64,000 bases of DNA from Chloroflexota bacterium (GCA_016190755.1 JACPPY010000055.1:7899-71898); one strand, 5' to 3'. Positions 28,705 to 38,601 are shown, counted from the first letter of the stretch. Notes: generated by a model not told the origin, from the sequence alone. Numbers and translations: made by a program.

Positions 28705-29244
28705 TTAAGCTGTCTGGGTCTTACTTGGTTCAGCTTTGGCTTCTGCGGATGCGCCCGCGACTTTCTCCGGCTCTGCCTCGGCCTTTGCTCCCGCAGTGGC
28801 CTCAGCTTGAACCTCGACGCTGGCTGCAACCGGCTCTGCCGGCGGTACCGCCTCGGCTGGCGCGATCGCTTCGACAGCCTCCGCGCCAATCATCTCCTCC
28901 ACCCCACGGCCTTTTTCCTTGAGCCGTGCATCCCTTACGCTCAGGGCTCGCAGGTAGAAAAGCCTGGCCCGGCGGACCTTGCTCCGACGCATGACTTCGA
29001 CCTTCTCGAGAAGGGGTGAGTTGACCATGAATGTGCGCTCGACACCGACACCCTGGGTCACACGTCTCACCGTGAAATCGGCATCATGCTTTCCATGGCG
29101 TACCCTGATGACCACGCCTTGAAACACCTGGCTCCGCGTCTTTTCGCCTTCGATCACCTTTATCGTGACCTTTACCCCATCCCCGGGAGCTACGGTCTGT
29201 ACATTCGCGTTAGGAGTTAGTTTTACCAGTGCATTGACGTCCAC
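28705..29244 (-). CDS. rplS: 50S ribosomal protein L19 with ~68-aa Ala/Glu/Pro-rich C-terminal extension
   Basis: PGDGVKV...EGEKTRSQVFQGVVI...FTVRRV..GVGVERTF...VRRARLFYLR. Likely start is GTG 29244, 16 nt after the trmD stop, with GAAAGG upstream. The longest ORF starts at TTG 29295. Confidence 0.9.
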   Translation of the reverse strand: MDVNALVKLTPNANVQTVAPGDGVKVTIKVIEGEKTRSQVFQGVVIRVRHGKHDADFTVRRVTQGVGVERTFMVNSPLLEKVEVMRRSKVRRARLFYLRALSVRDARLKEKGRGVEEMIGAEAVEAIAPAEAVPPAEPVAASVEVQAEATAGAKAEAEPEKVAGASAEAKAEPSKTQTA

Positions 29245-29260
29245 GTTCTCTTGCCTTTCT

Positions 29261-30004
29261 TCATGATATCGGCCCAGCAACCGCCTCAGAATCAAGGCAA
29301 GGCTGAGCTTTGTCTAACAATTCCGGCCGGCGCTCCCTGGTCCGCTTCAACGACTCCTCCTTGCGCCAGCGGGCTATCTCCGCATGATTGCCCGAAAGCA
29401 ACACCTCGGGAACACTCCAACCCCGGTACATGGGGGGCCGCGTATACTGCGGGAATTGGAGAAGGCCATTCGAGAAAGAGTCGTCTGCCGCCGCTTCCGA
29501 CGCACCTAGGACACCGGGTATCAGGCGGCATATAGCATCCGTGACCACCATCGCCGGCAACTCGCCGCCGGTCAGAACATAGTCTCCGATGCTTATCTCG
29601 TTCGTTATCAGGTGCTGCCTCACCCTCTCATCCACTCCCTCATAATGCCCACAGATCAGTACAACCTCATCGCACGTCGAGAGTCCGCGCGCTATTCCCT
29701 GTGTGAACGGCTGTCCCTGGGGCGTCAAGAGGACAATCCGATGATTCACAGGTCCAACACGTTGTCCTTCCACATTCTCCAGCACGGCCTCAACGGACTC
29801 AAATAATGGCTCCGGCTTAAGCACCATACCGGCCCCACCCCCATAAGGGTAATCATCTACTGTGTGGTGCTTATCGTGGGCATATTCCCGAAAATCGTGA
29901 ACGCGAATATCCACCAGGCCACGCCCCACAGCCCGGCCTATTATGCTTTGGCAAAAAACACCGGAAAACATCTCCGGGAAGAGGGTCATAATATCTATGC
30001 GCAT
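29261..30004 (-). CDS. trmD: tRNA (guanine37-N1)-methyltransferase
   Basis: [13 protein letters not shown]...[18 protein letters not shown] 30004 lies 2 nt after the mog stop. Confidence 0.92.
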   Translation of the reverse strand: MRIDIMTLFPEMFSGVFCQSIIGRAVGRGLVDIRVHDFREYAHDKHHTVDDYPYGGGAGMVLKPEPLFESVEAVLENVEGQRVGPVNHRIVLLTPQGQPFTQGIARGLSTCDEVVLICGHYEGVDERVRQHLITNEISIGDYVLTGGELPAMVVTDAICRLIPGVLGASEAAADDSFSNGLLQFPQYTRPPMYRGWSVPEVLLSGNHAEIARWRKEESLKRTRERRPELLDKAQPCLDSEAVAGPIS

Positions 30005-30006
30005 CG

Positions 30007-30507
30007 TTAGGCTCTCCCGCTCCTGGCACAATCTCTGGCATCGCCCCTCATTATCTCAACTGCATGAGGCAAAGCAGGCAGTATGACGTCCAGGCACTCG
30101 CGTACAGCCTTAGGACTGCCGGGGAGGTTTACCACAAGGCATTTTCCTCTAACTCCCGCGACGCCCCGGCTCAGCATGCCGCGCGGTGTTTTCCTGATGC
30201 TTTCGGCGCGCATAGCCTCGGCCATGCCAGGCACGATTCGGTCTATTACCATCATCGTGGCCTCAGGCGTGAAATCCCTTGGGCTCAAGCCGGTGCCGCC
30301 GGTAGTCAGTATCACATCCACTCTGCCGCTATCGGCCCACTCCTTCAACTTCGCAGCGATCATGTCCTTTTCGTCCGGCAGCAGGGCATATTCGACCACT
30401 GCGGCGTCGAGCTGAGCAACACGCTCACGAATCGCTTCGCCGCTTCCGTCATGCTGCCGCTCGCCGCGCCAGCCACTATCGCTCAATGTTAGTATGGCAA
30501 CTCTCAT
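30007..30507 (-). CDS. mog: MogA/MoaB family molybdenum cofactor biosynthesis protein
   Basis: [18 protein letters not shown] motif; 166 aa. Confidence 0.85.
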   Translation of the reverse strand: MRVAILTLSDSGWRGERQHDGSGEAIRERVAQLDAAVVEYALLPDEKDMIAAKLKEWADSGRVDVILTTGGTGLSPRDFTPEATMMVIDRIVPGMAEAMRAESIRKTPRGMLSRGVAGVRGKCLVVNLPGSPKAVRECLDVILPALPHAVEIMRGDARDCARSGRA

Positions 30508-30537
30508 ATTCGTACGTACCCACTCATAGGACGCTCT

Positions 30538-30566
30538 ATTCTAACACAAGGTTACAGCAGTGCCAA
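30538..30566 (-). promoter_or_regulatory. Sigma-70-like promoter candidate TTGGCA-17nt-TAGAAT for the mog-trmD-rplS... array
   Basis: Read on the minus strand: TTGGCA (30566..30561), a 17-nt spacer, TAGAAT (30543..30538), about 30 nt upstream of the mog ATG. Confidence 0.4.
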
Positions 30567-30685
30567 AAAGCCCCGTTGGCACGCCCCCTCCATCGGCTCC
30601 GGTGATCATGACAAAACAATCACAAAACCCAAGCCTGCAGGACCTTGTTGCGCTGCCATCTTTTGTCCAGGCACATAGCCCGCAC

Positions 30686-30697
30686 TTATTTCAAGTT
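30686..30697 (+). repeat. 12-nt direct repeat TTATTTCAAGTT, copy 1
   Basis: Exact 12-mer repeated 73 nt downstream. It is AT-rich against a GC-richer background. Confidence 0.6.
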
Positions 30698-30758
30698 GTT
30701 GGCCAATTCTACTGTACGTAACAAACCGGTGTCAGACAAGACACAAAATATCTCAAAA

Positions 30759-30770
30759 TTATTTCAAGTT
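30759..30770 (+). repeat. 12-nt direct repeat TTATTTCAAGTT, copy 2 (abuts the -35 box)
   Basis: Exact copy ending 5 nt before TTGACA at 30776. Confidence 0.6.
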
Positions 30771-30775
30771 AAGCC

Positions 30776-30804
30776 TTGACACCCATGTATCCGACCCCAA
30801 TAAT
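30776..30804 (+). promoter_or_regulatory. Sigma-70-like promoter candidate TTGACA-17nt-AATAAT upstream of the division cluster
   Basis: TTGACA at 30776..30781, a 17-nt spacer, AATAAT at 30799..30804. A run of GTGG-type boxes (30805..30838) follows. Confidence 0.4.
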
Positions 30805-30957
30805 GGTGCCCGGTGGTAAAAAGTGGGAAGAAATGGTGAACCGCGGGGTTGTCCTAAGTTGAGCATGTTCTCACTGTGGGGAGAGCTGGAAGGGATAGTC
30901 AGCCCTGGCGGATTCTATTCGAGCGAATCAGGAAGGTATCAAGAGGAAGGGGGAGAA

Positions 30958-31437
30958 ATGCAAACCTACGTCCAATATCGCGTGTGCGAGGGGCCTCTTC
31001 CCAATATTAATATCCTTAAGCACCTAACGACCGAGCCGGGACCTACCTGTTTCCTTCTGGCCACCCGCTCTCGGCAACCGATAAACCGGGTTAACGCCGA
31101 CGACCTTCTGTCGTTCCTGGAGACCTATGGAGATACTCCAGATAAGCTCCACGTACTTCTATTCTGGAGCAAGCATCCGCGGACCAGGTGCACACTCGAC
31201 TGCGTGTCCTGCACGCCCGAGGCCCGCAGGTTCGACCTGCGGAGGGCCGTTCGGGAGCTCGTCCAGCAGCAGGTCCTGGTCGAGGCTGCCGAAGGCAATA
31301 CTAATTGGTATTCGTTGACTCCCGACCCAGAAAAGAGGGCTTCCGTGGAAAACCTCGGCAACCTCTCCTGGGATGAAATCCGGTTTTGGAGTGATTATCG
31401 AGTGGTAGAGCTTACCCAGGAACAGGCTTCGTCCTGA
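30958..31437 (+). CDS. Hypothetical protein with probable winged-helix DNA-binding region, first gene of the mraZ cluster
   Basis: ATG 30958 is preceded by GAGGAAGGGGGAG. The segment LHVLLFWSKHP...FDLRRAVRELVQQQVLVEAAEGNTNWYSLTP resembles MarR/ArsR-type wHTH. It ends 13 nt before mraZ. Confidence 0.5.
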   Translation: MQTYVQYRVCEGPLPNINILKHLTTEPGPTCFLLATRSRQPINRVNADDLLSFLETYGDTPDKLHVLLFWSKHPRTRCTLDCVSCTPEARRFDLRRAVRELVQQQVLVEAAEGNTNWYSLTPDPEKRASVENLGNLSWDEIRFWSDYRVVELTQEQASS

Positions 31438-31450
31438 GGCGAAAAAAGTC

Positions 31451-31888
31451 ATGTTCGTTGGAGAATACCAATATAAGGTCGATGAGAAGGGCAGGATACC
31501 GGTGCCCCCCGTCTTCCGTCACGAGTTCGCTGACGGCGGCTTCATGACTCAGGGAGCGGAGGACTGCATCGCAGTGTACACGGTCAACCGCTTCAACGAA
31601 ATAGCCCGTAGCCTCCAGACGAACGGACTCCCCGGCTCCGATGTCAGGAAAATATCCCGTGCGCTCTTCTCGAAAGCCTTGGAGGTCAAGCTTGACGGTC
31701 AGGGCAGGATAAGCCTCTCTCCGCAGCTCAGGCAATACGCCAAGGTCGACGATAACGCTATCGTGGTCGGCGCCAATACATATTTTGAAATCTGGAGCCC
31801 CGAGCGCTGGCAAGCACAGGCCTCCCAAGACCAATCGGCCTGGCAGATCATCGAAAAACTTGAGCAGAAGGGCCAGCAGGAATGTTAA
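31451..31888 (+). CDS. mraZ: Transcriptional regulator MraZ
   Basis: [23 protein letters not shown] plus a second SpoVT/AbrB-like half (LDGQGRISL). Confidence 0.92.
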   Translation: MFVGEYQYKVDEKGRIPVPPVFRHEFADGGFMTQGAEDCIAVYTVNRFNEIARSLQTNGLPGSDVRKISRALFSKALEVKLDGQGRISLSPQLRQYAKVDDNAIVVGANTYFEIWSPERWQAQASQDQSAWQIIEKLEQKGQQEC

Positions 31889-32874
31889 GCGCTATTCTTA
31901 CTCACAGCGCCGGACACGGGCACCGCTCATCACGGCACCACGTCCCAGTGCTGCTACGCGAGGCAATAGCGGCCCTCAATGTTCAGCCAGGGGGACGATA
32001 CATAGATTGTACACTCGGCTCGGGCGGCCATGCCCTGGCAATACTGGAGGCCAGCTCGCCGGGCGGTCAATTGCTCGGCATCGATGCCAACCCGGCGGCG
32101 ATTGTAGAAGCACAGAGCAGATTGGCCGCACACCGCAAGGACATACGGCTCGTGAACGACAACTTCGTTCACCTGCGCGACATTTGCTACAAATATGAAT
32201 TCTATCCAGTCAGCGGCATACTCTTCGACCTGGGTTTATCCTCCCGCCAGCTGGAAGCGGAGGACGCCGGCTTTTCCTTCCAGCGCGAAGCGCCACTGGA
32301 TATGCGCTTCGGCCTGAATCAACAGCTGACAGCTTACGACATAGTCAACGCATATACAGAATCCCAGTTGACCGACATTATCCGGGAATATGGTGAAGAC
32401 CCGCATGCCCGCCAGATCGCGCGACAGATCGTTGCCCAACGACCGCTGCATACCACGTTCGACCTGGTCAAGGCTGTCCTCAGGGCTACCGGGCGCCCGT
32501 CCACAAGGATCCATCCTGCCACCAGGACTTTTCAGGCGATACGCATCGCCGTTAATAGCGAACTGGTCAATCTCAGCTCGGCCCTCGTCCAGGCCATCGA
32601 CCTGCTGGGCTTTGGAGGCCGTCTGGCGGTAATAAGCTACCACTCACTCGAAGACCGCATAGTCAAGGACCTCTTCCGGCAGGAATCAACAGGCTGCATC
32701 TGTCCTCCCTCGGTGCTCCGCTGCATGTGCGGACATGCACCTCGTCTGAGGCTGATATCGAAGAAAGCGATCAGGCCATCACCCATTGAGGTGCGAGCTA
32801 ATCCTCGCAGCAGAAGCGCAAAGTTGCGGGCAGCAGAGCGTATCTTGAAACTATCCAACGGTCCACAGGGGTAG
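31882..32874 (+). CDS. rsmH: 16S rRNA (cytosine1402-N4)-methyltransferase
   Basis: [35 protein letters not shown]. Confidence 0.92.
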   Translation: MLSAILTHSAGHGHRSSRHHVPVLLREAIAALNVQPGGRYIDCTLGSGGHALAILEASSPGGQLLGIDANPAAIVEAQSRLAAHRKDIRLVNDNFVHLRDICYKYEFYPVSGILFDLGLSSRQLEAEDAGFSFQREAPLDMRFGLNQQLTAYDIVNAYTESQLTDIIREYGEDPHARQIARQIVAQRPLHTTFDLVKAVLRATGRPSTRIHPATRTFQAIRIAVNSELVNLSSALVQAIDLLGFGGRLAVISYHSLEDRIVKDLFRQESTGCICPPSVLRCMCGHAPRLRLISKKAIRPSPIEVRANPRSRSAKLRAAERILKLSNGPQG

Positions 32875-33289
32875 AAAATCCGTGTACGAGCACTCACAAA
32901 CGCAGGACATCGCACGCCAAAGGGCAAAACCAACACTTATGTCCATAGTGCTCCGACACGTGTATTATTATGTCAATCCCAACCTGTCCAGACGGAACTG
33001 CTTTTCCCCCGGGCTGGTCCAGGGGGGTCGTGGATGGGAGCCACCGACACTGAGGCAATATGTTGAAAACAATAACTCAACGATAGGTCGAGCCCTTTCT
33101 CACCTTATCCGCCAAGACGTCGGGCAACCGTGTTCGATCCCCCTTCTTCCAAACGATTCAGTGCTGCTCCGCGGTCCGCCCATTCGAAGGATGGTGATTT
33201 ATGTGAAGTGATAAAACTGCGCGGACAGCTATTATTTCGTTCATTATCTATCGATTCATAACACAACAGAAATCATCAGGAGGATATAA

Positions 33290-34540
33290 ATGCCAAAGAG
33301 AAAGGTGATCGCGGGCATAGATGTGGGCACTACAAAGGTGTGCACCATAGTGGCTAGGCCCGATCCATCAGAAGAAGGACTTCAGGTACTGGGAGTGGGG
33401 GTGGTCCCATCCCGCGGGCTACATAAAGGGATGGTAGTCAATGTCAACGAGGCCAGGGAAGCAATAAAAGAATCTATCGCACGAGCGCAGCAGTCAAGCG
33501 GCACAAAGATCGACTCGGCTTACGTCGGGGTCACCGGCCGCCATATTACATCCACCAACAGCAAGGGTGTTATTTCGATACCAAGGAATGACCGGTTGGT
33601 ACGACAGGATGACCTGAAGCGGGTGCTCGACGCCGCACGCAACGTGGTCGTTCCCAGTGATCGCAAGATACTACACGCCATTCCCAGACAGTATGCCCTG
33701 GACGGCCAGGTCGGAGTGAAGAACCCTGTTGGAATGCATGGCTTCCGTTTGGATGTGGAAACGCACATAATCACGGCGGCCGTGTCTTCCATACAGAACC
33801 TGGTCAAGTGCATACGGTCCGTCGGCCTGGAAATCGACGACCTCGTCCTTGAGGCCATGGCCAGCGGCGAGGCGGTGCTGTCCCAAGATGAAAAAGAGAT
33901 GGGAGTTATCCTGGCAGACGTCGGAGGCGGCACGACTGATATATCTGTATTCAAGGAGGGCAGCATCTATCACACTTCCGTCCTCCCCGTAGCTGGTTAT
34001 CAAGTGACGAGCGACATAGCCCTGGGATTGGGCTTGCCCTTCGACATTGCCGAGGGCATGAAGCGTAAATACGGCAACGTTGCACCTCACAATGATGGAA
34101 AAGACCAGAACGGTGCCGATATTCATATAGATAATGGCCATAGTATTTCCTATATAGAGCTATGCAACATAATGAGGGCCAGGTTAGAAGAGACGTTGCG
34201 CCTGATCCTGCTTGAGATGCCCACTTCCGAGTACCTACAATTGGCGCCCGCGGGACTAGTGCTGACAGGCGGCAGCTCAATCGTTCCCGGACTTCAGGAA
34301 CTGGCACAGGAGACGCTGCGAATACCTGTCCGCATCGGTCTTCCATCCGGCGTATATGGCATTACAGACGTCCTGAACCATCCATCCTATTCCACCGGCG
34401 TCGGCCTGCTCCTCTGGGGCTCCAAGGGAGAAGGCCAGGCCAACGCCAATTGGTCGAAGACCAGCGGCAGTTGGGCTGAGAAGACCAGTGCGCCCTGGAA
34501 GAAGATCTTTTCCCTGCTTAAGGGCGTCGTAAGACGCTAA
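33290..34540 (+). CDS. ftsA: Cell division protein FtsA
   Basis: Actin-fold motifs GIDVGTTKV and DVGGGTTDISVF. RBS AGGAGG. Located upstream of ftsZ. Confidence 0.92.
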   Translation: MPKRKVIAGIDVGTTKVCTIVARPDPSEEGLQVLGVGVVPSRGLHKGMVVNVNEAREAIKESIARAQQSSGTKIDSAYVGVTGRHITSTNSKGVISIPRNDRLVRQDDLKRVLDAARNVVVPSDRKILHAIPRQYALDGQVGVKNPVGMHGFRLDVETHIITAAVSSIQNLVKCIRSVGLEIDDLVLEAMASGEAVLSQDEKEMGVILADVGGGTTDISVFKEGSIYHTSVLPVAGYQVTSDIALGLGLPFDIAEGMKRKYGNVAPHNDGKDQNGADIHIDNGHSISYIELCNIMRARLEETLRLILLEMPTSEYLQLAPAGLVLTGGSSIVPGLQELAQETLRIPVRIGLPSGVYGITDVLNHPSYSTGVGLLLWGSKGEGQANANWSKTSGSWAEKTSAPWKKIFSLLKGVVRR

Positions 34541-34593
34541 CCCGCCAAGACACCTGAACATAATATAGAAAGGAAACAACGAGGAGAGATATT

Positions 34594-35733
34594 ATGGCAA
34601 AACAGACTTTTGCCTCAACAGCAGCCCGCATAAAGTGCGTAGGATGTGGTGGCGGTGGATGTAATGCCATAACGCGCATGGTCCGCGAAGGCATTCGCGG
34701 AGTCGATTTCGTCGCCCTCAACACCGATGCTCAATCGCTGTCATTGGCGGAGGCGCCAACCAGGATACAGCTCGGCCCCCAGCTTACTCGGGGTCTAGGC
34801 GCAGGCGGAGACCACACTGTCGGCGCTCGCGCGGCTGATGAGAGCCGTGAAGAAATCCGCAACGCCATCGGCGGCGCAGACATGGTCTTCATAGCAGCCG
34901 GCATGGGCGGCGGCACTGGGACAGGCTCCGCACCGGTAGTGGCCGCACTGGCGAAAGAGATGGGCGCACTGACGATCGGCGTCGTGACCAAACCCTTCTC
35001 CTTCGAAGGCGCTCACCGCCACCAGGTAGCGGAGGAAGGCATCGCCAATTTCATACAGAAGTGCGATACACTGATCATCATACCTAACGATAAGCTCCTA
35101 TCCCTGTGCGATGCCAAGACAGCCGTCGATGGCGCATTCAAAATGGCCGATGATGTACTTAGAGGCGCGGTCGGCGCCATCGCCGAGGTCATCACGGTGC
35201 CCGGCCTGATCAACCTCGACTTCGCCGATGTCAGATCGATAATGAAAGGCTCTGGCCCGGCATGGATGTCGATAGGTGCAGGCACCGGTCAGAACCGAGC
35301 GGTAGATGCCGCCAGGTCAGCTCTGTCCAGCCCATTGCTCGACGTTCAGATAAACGGCGCCAAGGGTGTCCTCTTCACGGTAGCAGGTGGAAGCAACATG
35401 ACCCTGTTCGAGGTGAACGAGGCCGCCGAGGTGATCGCTCAGGCGGTAGACCCCGAGGCCAACATAATCTTCGGCGTCAACATTGACCCGAAGATGGAAA
35501 ACCAGGTGAAGATCACCCTTATCGCCACTGGCTTCGTGGGTGGTCTCGGCCAGCAGGCACCCAGCGAGCAGGAACTCCGCAGGCTTATCAAAGGTCTGGA
35601 GACAACCTCTGTTGACCTGCCTTCGTTCATGCGCCGCGGAGCAGTGGCCATGCCTCGCCCGCAAACCGCCGCCCAACCGGCGTCGGGACAGGCGAAACCC
35701 GCTGGTGCTCCGGCGATGCCTCACAGAAACTAA
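34594..35733 (+). CDS. ftsZ: Cell division protein FtsZ
   Basis: GGGGCNA, GLGAGG, AGMGGGTGTGSAPVVA tubulin signature. Confidence 0.95.
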   Translation: MAKQTFASTAARIKCVGCGGGGCNAITRMVREGIRGVDFVALNTDAQSLSLAEAPTRIQLGPQLTRGLGAGGDHTVGARAADESREEIRNAIGGADMVFIAAGMGGGTGTGSAPVVAALAKEMGALTIGVVTKPFSFEGAHRHQVAEEGIANFIQKCDTLIIIPNDKLLSLCDAKTAVDGAFKMADDVLRGAVGAIAEVITVPGLINLDFADVRSIMKGSGPAWMSIGAGTGQNRAVDAARSALSSPLLDVQINGAKGVLFTVAGGSNMTLFEVNEAAEVIAQAVDPEANIIFGVNIDPKMENQVKITLIATGFVGGLGQQAPSEQELRRLIKGLETTSVDLPSFMRRGAVAMPRPQTAAQPASGQAKPAGAPAMPHRN

Positions 35734-35765
35734 CTTACTATCCATAATCCTCAAACCCAGCCCCT

Positions 35766-35810
35766 AGGTAAGAGGCTGCAGGTCTCGGGCCCTGCAGCCT
35801 CTTACCTTTT
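35766..35810 (+). terminator. Rho-independent terminator after ftsZ
   Basis: AGGTAAGAGGCTGCAGG / CCTGCAGCCTCTTACCT, a 17-bp perfect stem with an 8-nt loop, followed by TTT. Confidence 0.8.
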
Positions 35811-35941
35811 ATAGAACTTATGGAACAATCATGTCGCCCCTCTCTGTCGCCATTTGACTGGTGCGCATCCTGCATGTAAAGTTTCGTATACATCGTCCCA
35901 CTTTCTGAATCACGCGTTGTCAGAGAAAGAGATACTCCCCA

Positions 35942-37681
35942 ATGCCCATAAGATTGCTCGACCAAGATGTCGTTACTAAGATAGCTGCGGGGGAGGTGGT
36001 CGAAAGACCAGCCTCCGTTGTCAAGGAGTTGGTTGAGAACTCCATCGATGCAGGTGCATCCGCAATAAGCGTAGAAGAACATAATGGTGGCCTCACGCTC
36101 ATCAGGGTTACCGACAACGGGCATGGGATTGAGGAGTCAGAGGTTGAACTCGCGTTCCGCCGTCACGCCACAAGCAAGCTGCAGAGCCTGGACGACCTGG
36201 AACATCTGAGGTCTCTAGGGTTCCGCGGAGAGGCACTGCCGAGCATTGCTGCGGTGGCTGACGTCGAGATGGTCACAGCGACATCCGACGCCAGAGCAGG
36301 CACAACACTGAGGCTGAAAAACGGAGTCCCTTCCGAACGCCGGCCCGAAGCACACCCGCAAGGGACAACGATATCAGTACATCGCCTGTTTCATGCCACA
36401 CCTGTCCGCTTGAAGTTCCTCAAGTCCACCAGGGCCGAGAGTAGCCGCATCGCCTATCTTGTGAGCCAGTTTGCCCTCTCATATCCCGAAATCAGGTTTA
36501 CCCTGTCCATCGACGGCCGGGTCACACTGCGCACCACCGGTGATGCCGACCTCCGGCAGGCGGTGGCTCAGGTCTACGGCGGCGAAGTTGCGGGTCGAAT
36601 GCTGGTACTGTCCCAGGGCCCAAATTCGGGCGGCAAGGTTTCCACGTTTCCAGAAATCAAGGTGTCCGGGCTTACCAGCCCTCCCGACCTGAACCGCGCC
36701 AGCCGCTCCTTTATCAGCATATTCCTGAACCGTCGCTGCGTATACGACCGCATGGTGAGCCGGGCCATAGATGAAGCCTATCGCGGGCTATTGATGACGG
36801 ACCGGTGTCCCATAGTCGTGCTGAATATATCGTTGCCCCCGGAGATGGTCGACGTGAATGTCCACCCCACCAAACATGAAGTGCGCTTCCGCCAGGAGGG
36901 CATGGTCTTCGCTGCGGTCAACGCGGCCATCAGCAGGGCACTGGACGATGCCGCACCGGCCAAGATCAGTCCACACAAAACCCAGAGAGGGGCTGGCTCC
37001 GAAGAACAGCAGCCGCTGGAGGGCGCCGTTACTTCCGAGATTCCCTTTCCGGAGGCGCCTGCGTTGTCTCCCGCCGCTCAGTCCAGAACACCATCGGTCA
37101 CGGCGCCAGACGGACCAGATTTCATGAAGGTCCTAGGCCAGGTAGACAAAACCTATATCGCCGCGGGGGCGCAGGATGGCCTGTACCTAGTAGACCAGCA
37201 TGCCGCACACGAGCGCATTCTCTTCGAGCGGTTCAAACAGCAGCTTGCAGAGAAACACGTGGAGAAGCAGGGTCTCCTGGAGCCCTTGATCGTGGAGGTA
37301 ACACCCGAGCAGGAAGTAGCCCTGGCGGAGAGACGAGACACAATGGCCGACCTCGGGTTCACAATAGAGCCGTTCGGCGAGCGCACGTACCTACTGCGAA
37401 CCGTACCGGCCCCGCTGCAGGACGACAACGCGGCCCAGGCATTGCATGAGCTTCTGACACTGGCGGACGACAAAGAGGGACCTGATTGGCCCAACAGGGC
37501 CGCGGCCTCCCTTGCCTGCCACGCTGCGATAAAAGCAGGCCAGGTACTGGAAGACCGCGAAGCCCATGAGTTGCTCAGGCAGCTCCAGCAGACGACTCAG
37601 CCTCGCACCTGTCCACACGGGCGGCCGACCATGGTCCACCTGAGCTCCGGAGACCTGCGTCGTCACTTCGGACGCCAGTAG
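35942..37681 (+). CDS. mutL: DNA mismatch repair protein MutL
   Basis: IAAGEVVERPASVVKELVENSIDAG, GFRGEAL, CPHGRP. Confidence 0.92.
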   Translation: MPIRLLDQDVVTKIAAGEVVERPASVVKELVENSIDAGASAISVEEHNGGLTLIRVTDNGHGIEESEVELAFRRHATSKLQSLDDLEHLRSLGFRGEALPSIAAVADVEMVTATSDARAGTTLRLKNGVPSERRPEAHPQGTTISVHRLFHATPVRLKFLKSTRAESSRIAYLVSQFALSYPEIRFTLSIDGRVTLRTTGDADLRQAVAQVYGGEVAGRMLVLSQGPNSGGKVSTFPEIKVSGLTSPPDLNRASRSFISIFLNRRCVYDRMVSRAIDEAYRGLLMTDRCPIVVLNISLPPEMVDVNVHPTKHEVRFRQEGMVFAAVNAAISRALDDAAPAKISPHKTQRGAGSEEQQPLEGAVTSEIPFPEAPALSPAAQSRTPSVTAPDGPDFMKVLGQVDKTYIAAGAQDGLYLVDQHAAHERILFERFKQQLAEKHVEKQGLLEPLIVEVTPEQEVALAERRDTMADLGFTIEPFGERTYLLRTVPAPLQDDNAAQALHELLTLADDKEGPDWPNRAAASLACHAAIKAGQVLEDREAHELLRQLQQTTQPRTCPHGRPTMVHLSSGDLRRHFGRQ

Positions 37682-37683
37682 CT

Positions 37684-38601
37684 TTACAGTTTCAAATAGC
37701 TGTGGGCATACAAGTTCTTGCCCTCCAGCACCTGAACCGTCTTGACGATGTCCCGCACGCGCTGGTCACTCATATCGGCGCCACTCGGATCATACTTCTC
37801 ACCGGACTGGTAGGCGTCATAGATTCCCAGGTATACTTTGTTAACCGGCGTAGAATCGTCCCTTGACTCCAGGACCCTTGGTATTCGCATCAGCTCCGCA
37901 TCAAACACGTCCGCGATGGGTGCATCCAATCCGGCGCCAAGCATCATTATCAAGAATACTTCATTCATCAACGGCCTGATCTCCGTGGGACAACTGTTGG
38001 AAATGTTCGACAGGCCGCAGGTAGTCAGCGGCGCGGGTTCGGCTATCTGTTTGAACAACCGCACCGCCTCGACGGTCTGCATCGCCTGGTCTTGGTTCCC
38101 GTTGACGGTCAACACCAGGGGATCAAGAAATAGCCTGTCAGACGGAATCCCGGCTTCCATGGCAGCGGGGAGTATCTTTTCCACTACCAGCTCGACCCTG
38201 GCATCCGCCGACGTCGGTAGTGCGGTACCGCCATAGGTCAGGGCAATAATATGGGCGTCGTACTGGGCAGCCATAGGCATGAGGACCTTCAGCCGGTCGG
38301 TAGCGTCCGTGCTGTTGATAATGGCCATTTTTTTGGACGCCTTCAGCCCGGACTCGATGGCTGCCGCGTTCGTGGTATCTAAAGACAAGGGCAAGTCCAC
38401 CACTTCCTGGACGGTGCGTACCATCCAGTCCATAACCTCAACCCCGGTCTTTTTCTGAGGGCCGATGTTAAGGTCAAGCGCATAAGCACCTTTTTGCGCC
38501 TGCCGCTTAGCCATGTTCTGGACGAATGCCTTGTCTCTGCCCTCGATGGCAGTCCTCACCGCAGGCGCTATTACGTGGATGGATTCTCCAATAACCTTCA
38601 T
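37684..38601 (-). CDS. acsE: Methyltetrahydrofolate:corrinoid/iron-sulfur protein methyltransferase (pterin-binding, AcsE-like)
   Basis: DHPS-like pterin-binding barrel (ALDLNIGP, LSLDTTN) at the last position of the ACS/CoFeSP cluster. Confidence 0.8.
   Translation of the reverse strand: MKVIGESIHVIAPAVRTAIEGRDKAFVQNMAKRQAQKGAYALDLNIGPQKKTGVEVMDWMVRTVQEVVDLPLSLDTTNAAAIESGLKASKKMAIINSTDATDRLKVLMPMAAQYDAHIIALTYGGTALPTSADARVELVVEKILPAAMEAGIPSDRLFLDPLVLTVNGNQDQAMQTVEAVRLFKQIAEPAPLTTCGLSNISNSCPTEIRPLMNEVFLIMMLGAGLDAPIADVFDAELMRIPRVLESRDDSTPVNKVYLGIYDAYQSGEKYDPSGADMSDQRVRDIVKTVQVLEGKNLYAHSYLKL

Noticed and set aside
28680-28889. 70-aa Arg/Pro/Gln-rich N-terminal extension of priA in the ORF track
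   Set aside because: It overlaps the rplS tail in a different frame and has an implausible composition. The canonical PriA N-terminus (VGFAEVAVNSP...) begins at GTG 28679, just after the rplS stop.
30567-30625. CCGGAGCC...GGAGGGGG and a GTGCCAA/TTGGCAC hairpin upstream of mog, considered as a Moco riboswitch
   Set aside because: The segment lies upstream of, and overlapping, the -35 of the best promoter candidate, so it would not be in the transcript. I could not reproduce the multi-stem Moco motif architecture. An Rfam scan would settle this.
33132-33140. GTTCGATCC, resembling a tRNA T-loop, in the rsmH-ftsA gap
   Set aside because: The flanking bases cannot form a 5-bp T-stem (CCGTG versus CCCCT). 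No acceptor, D or anticodon arms could be drawn.
32882-33211. 109-aa ORF in the position where ftsL/ftsQ would be expected
   Set aside because: It has no Shine-Dalgarno sequence and no transmembrane segment. The composition is odd (YYYVNPNLSRRNC...), with no resemblance to FtsL, FtsQ or FtsB.
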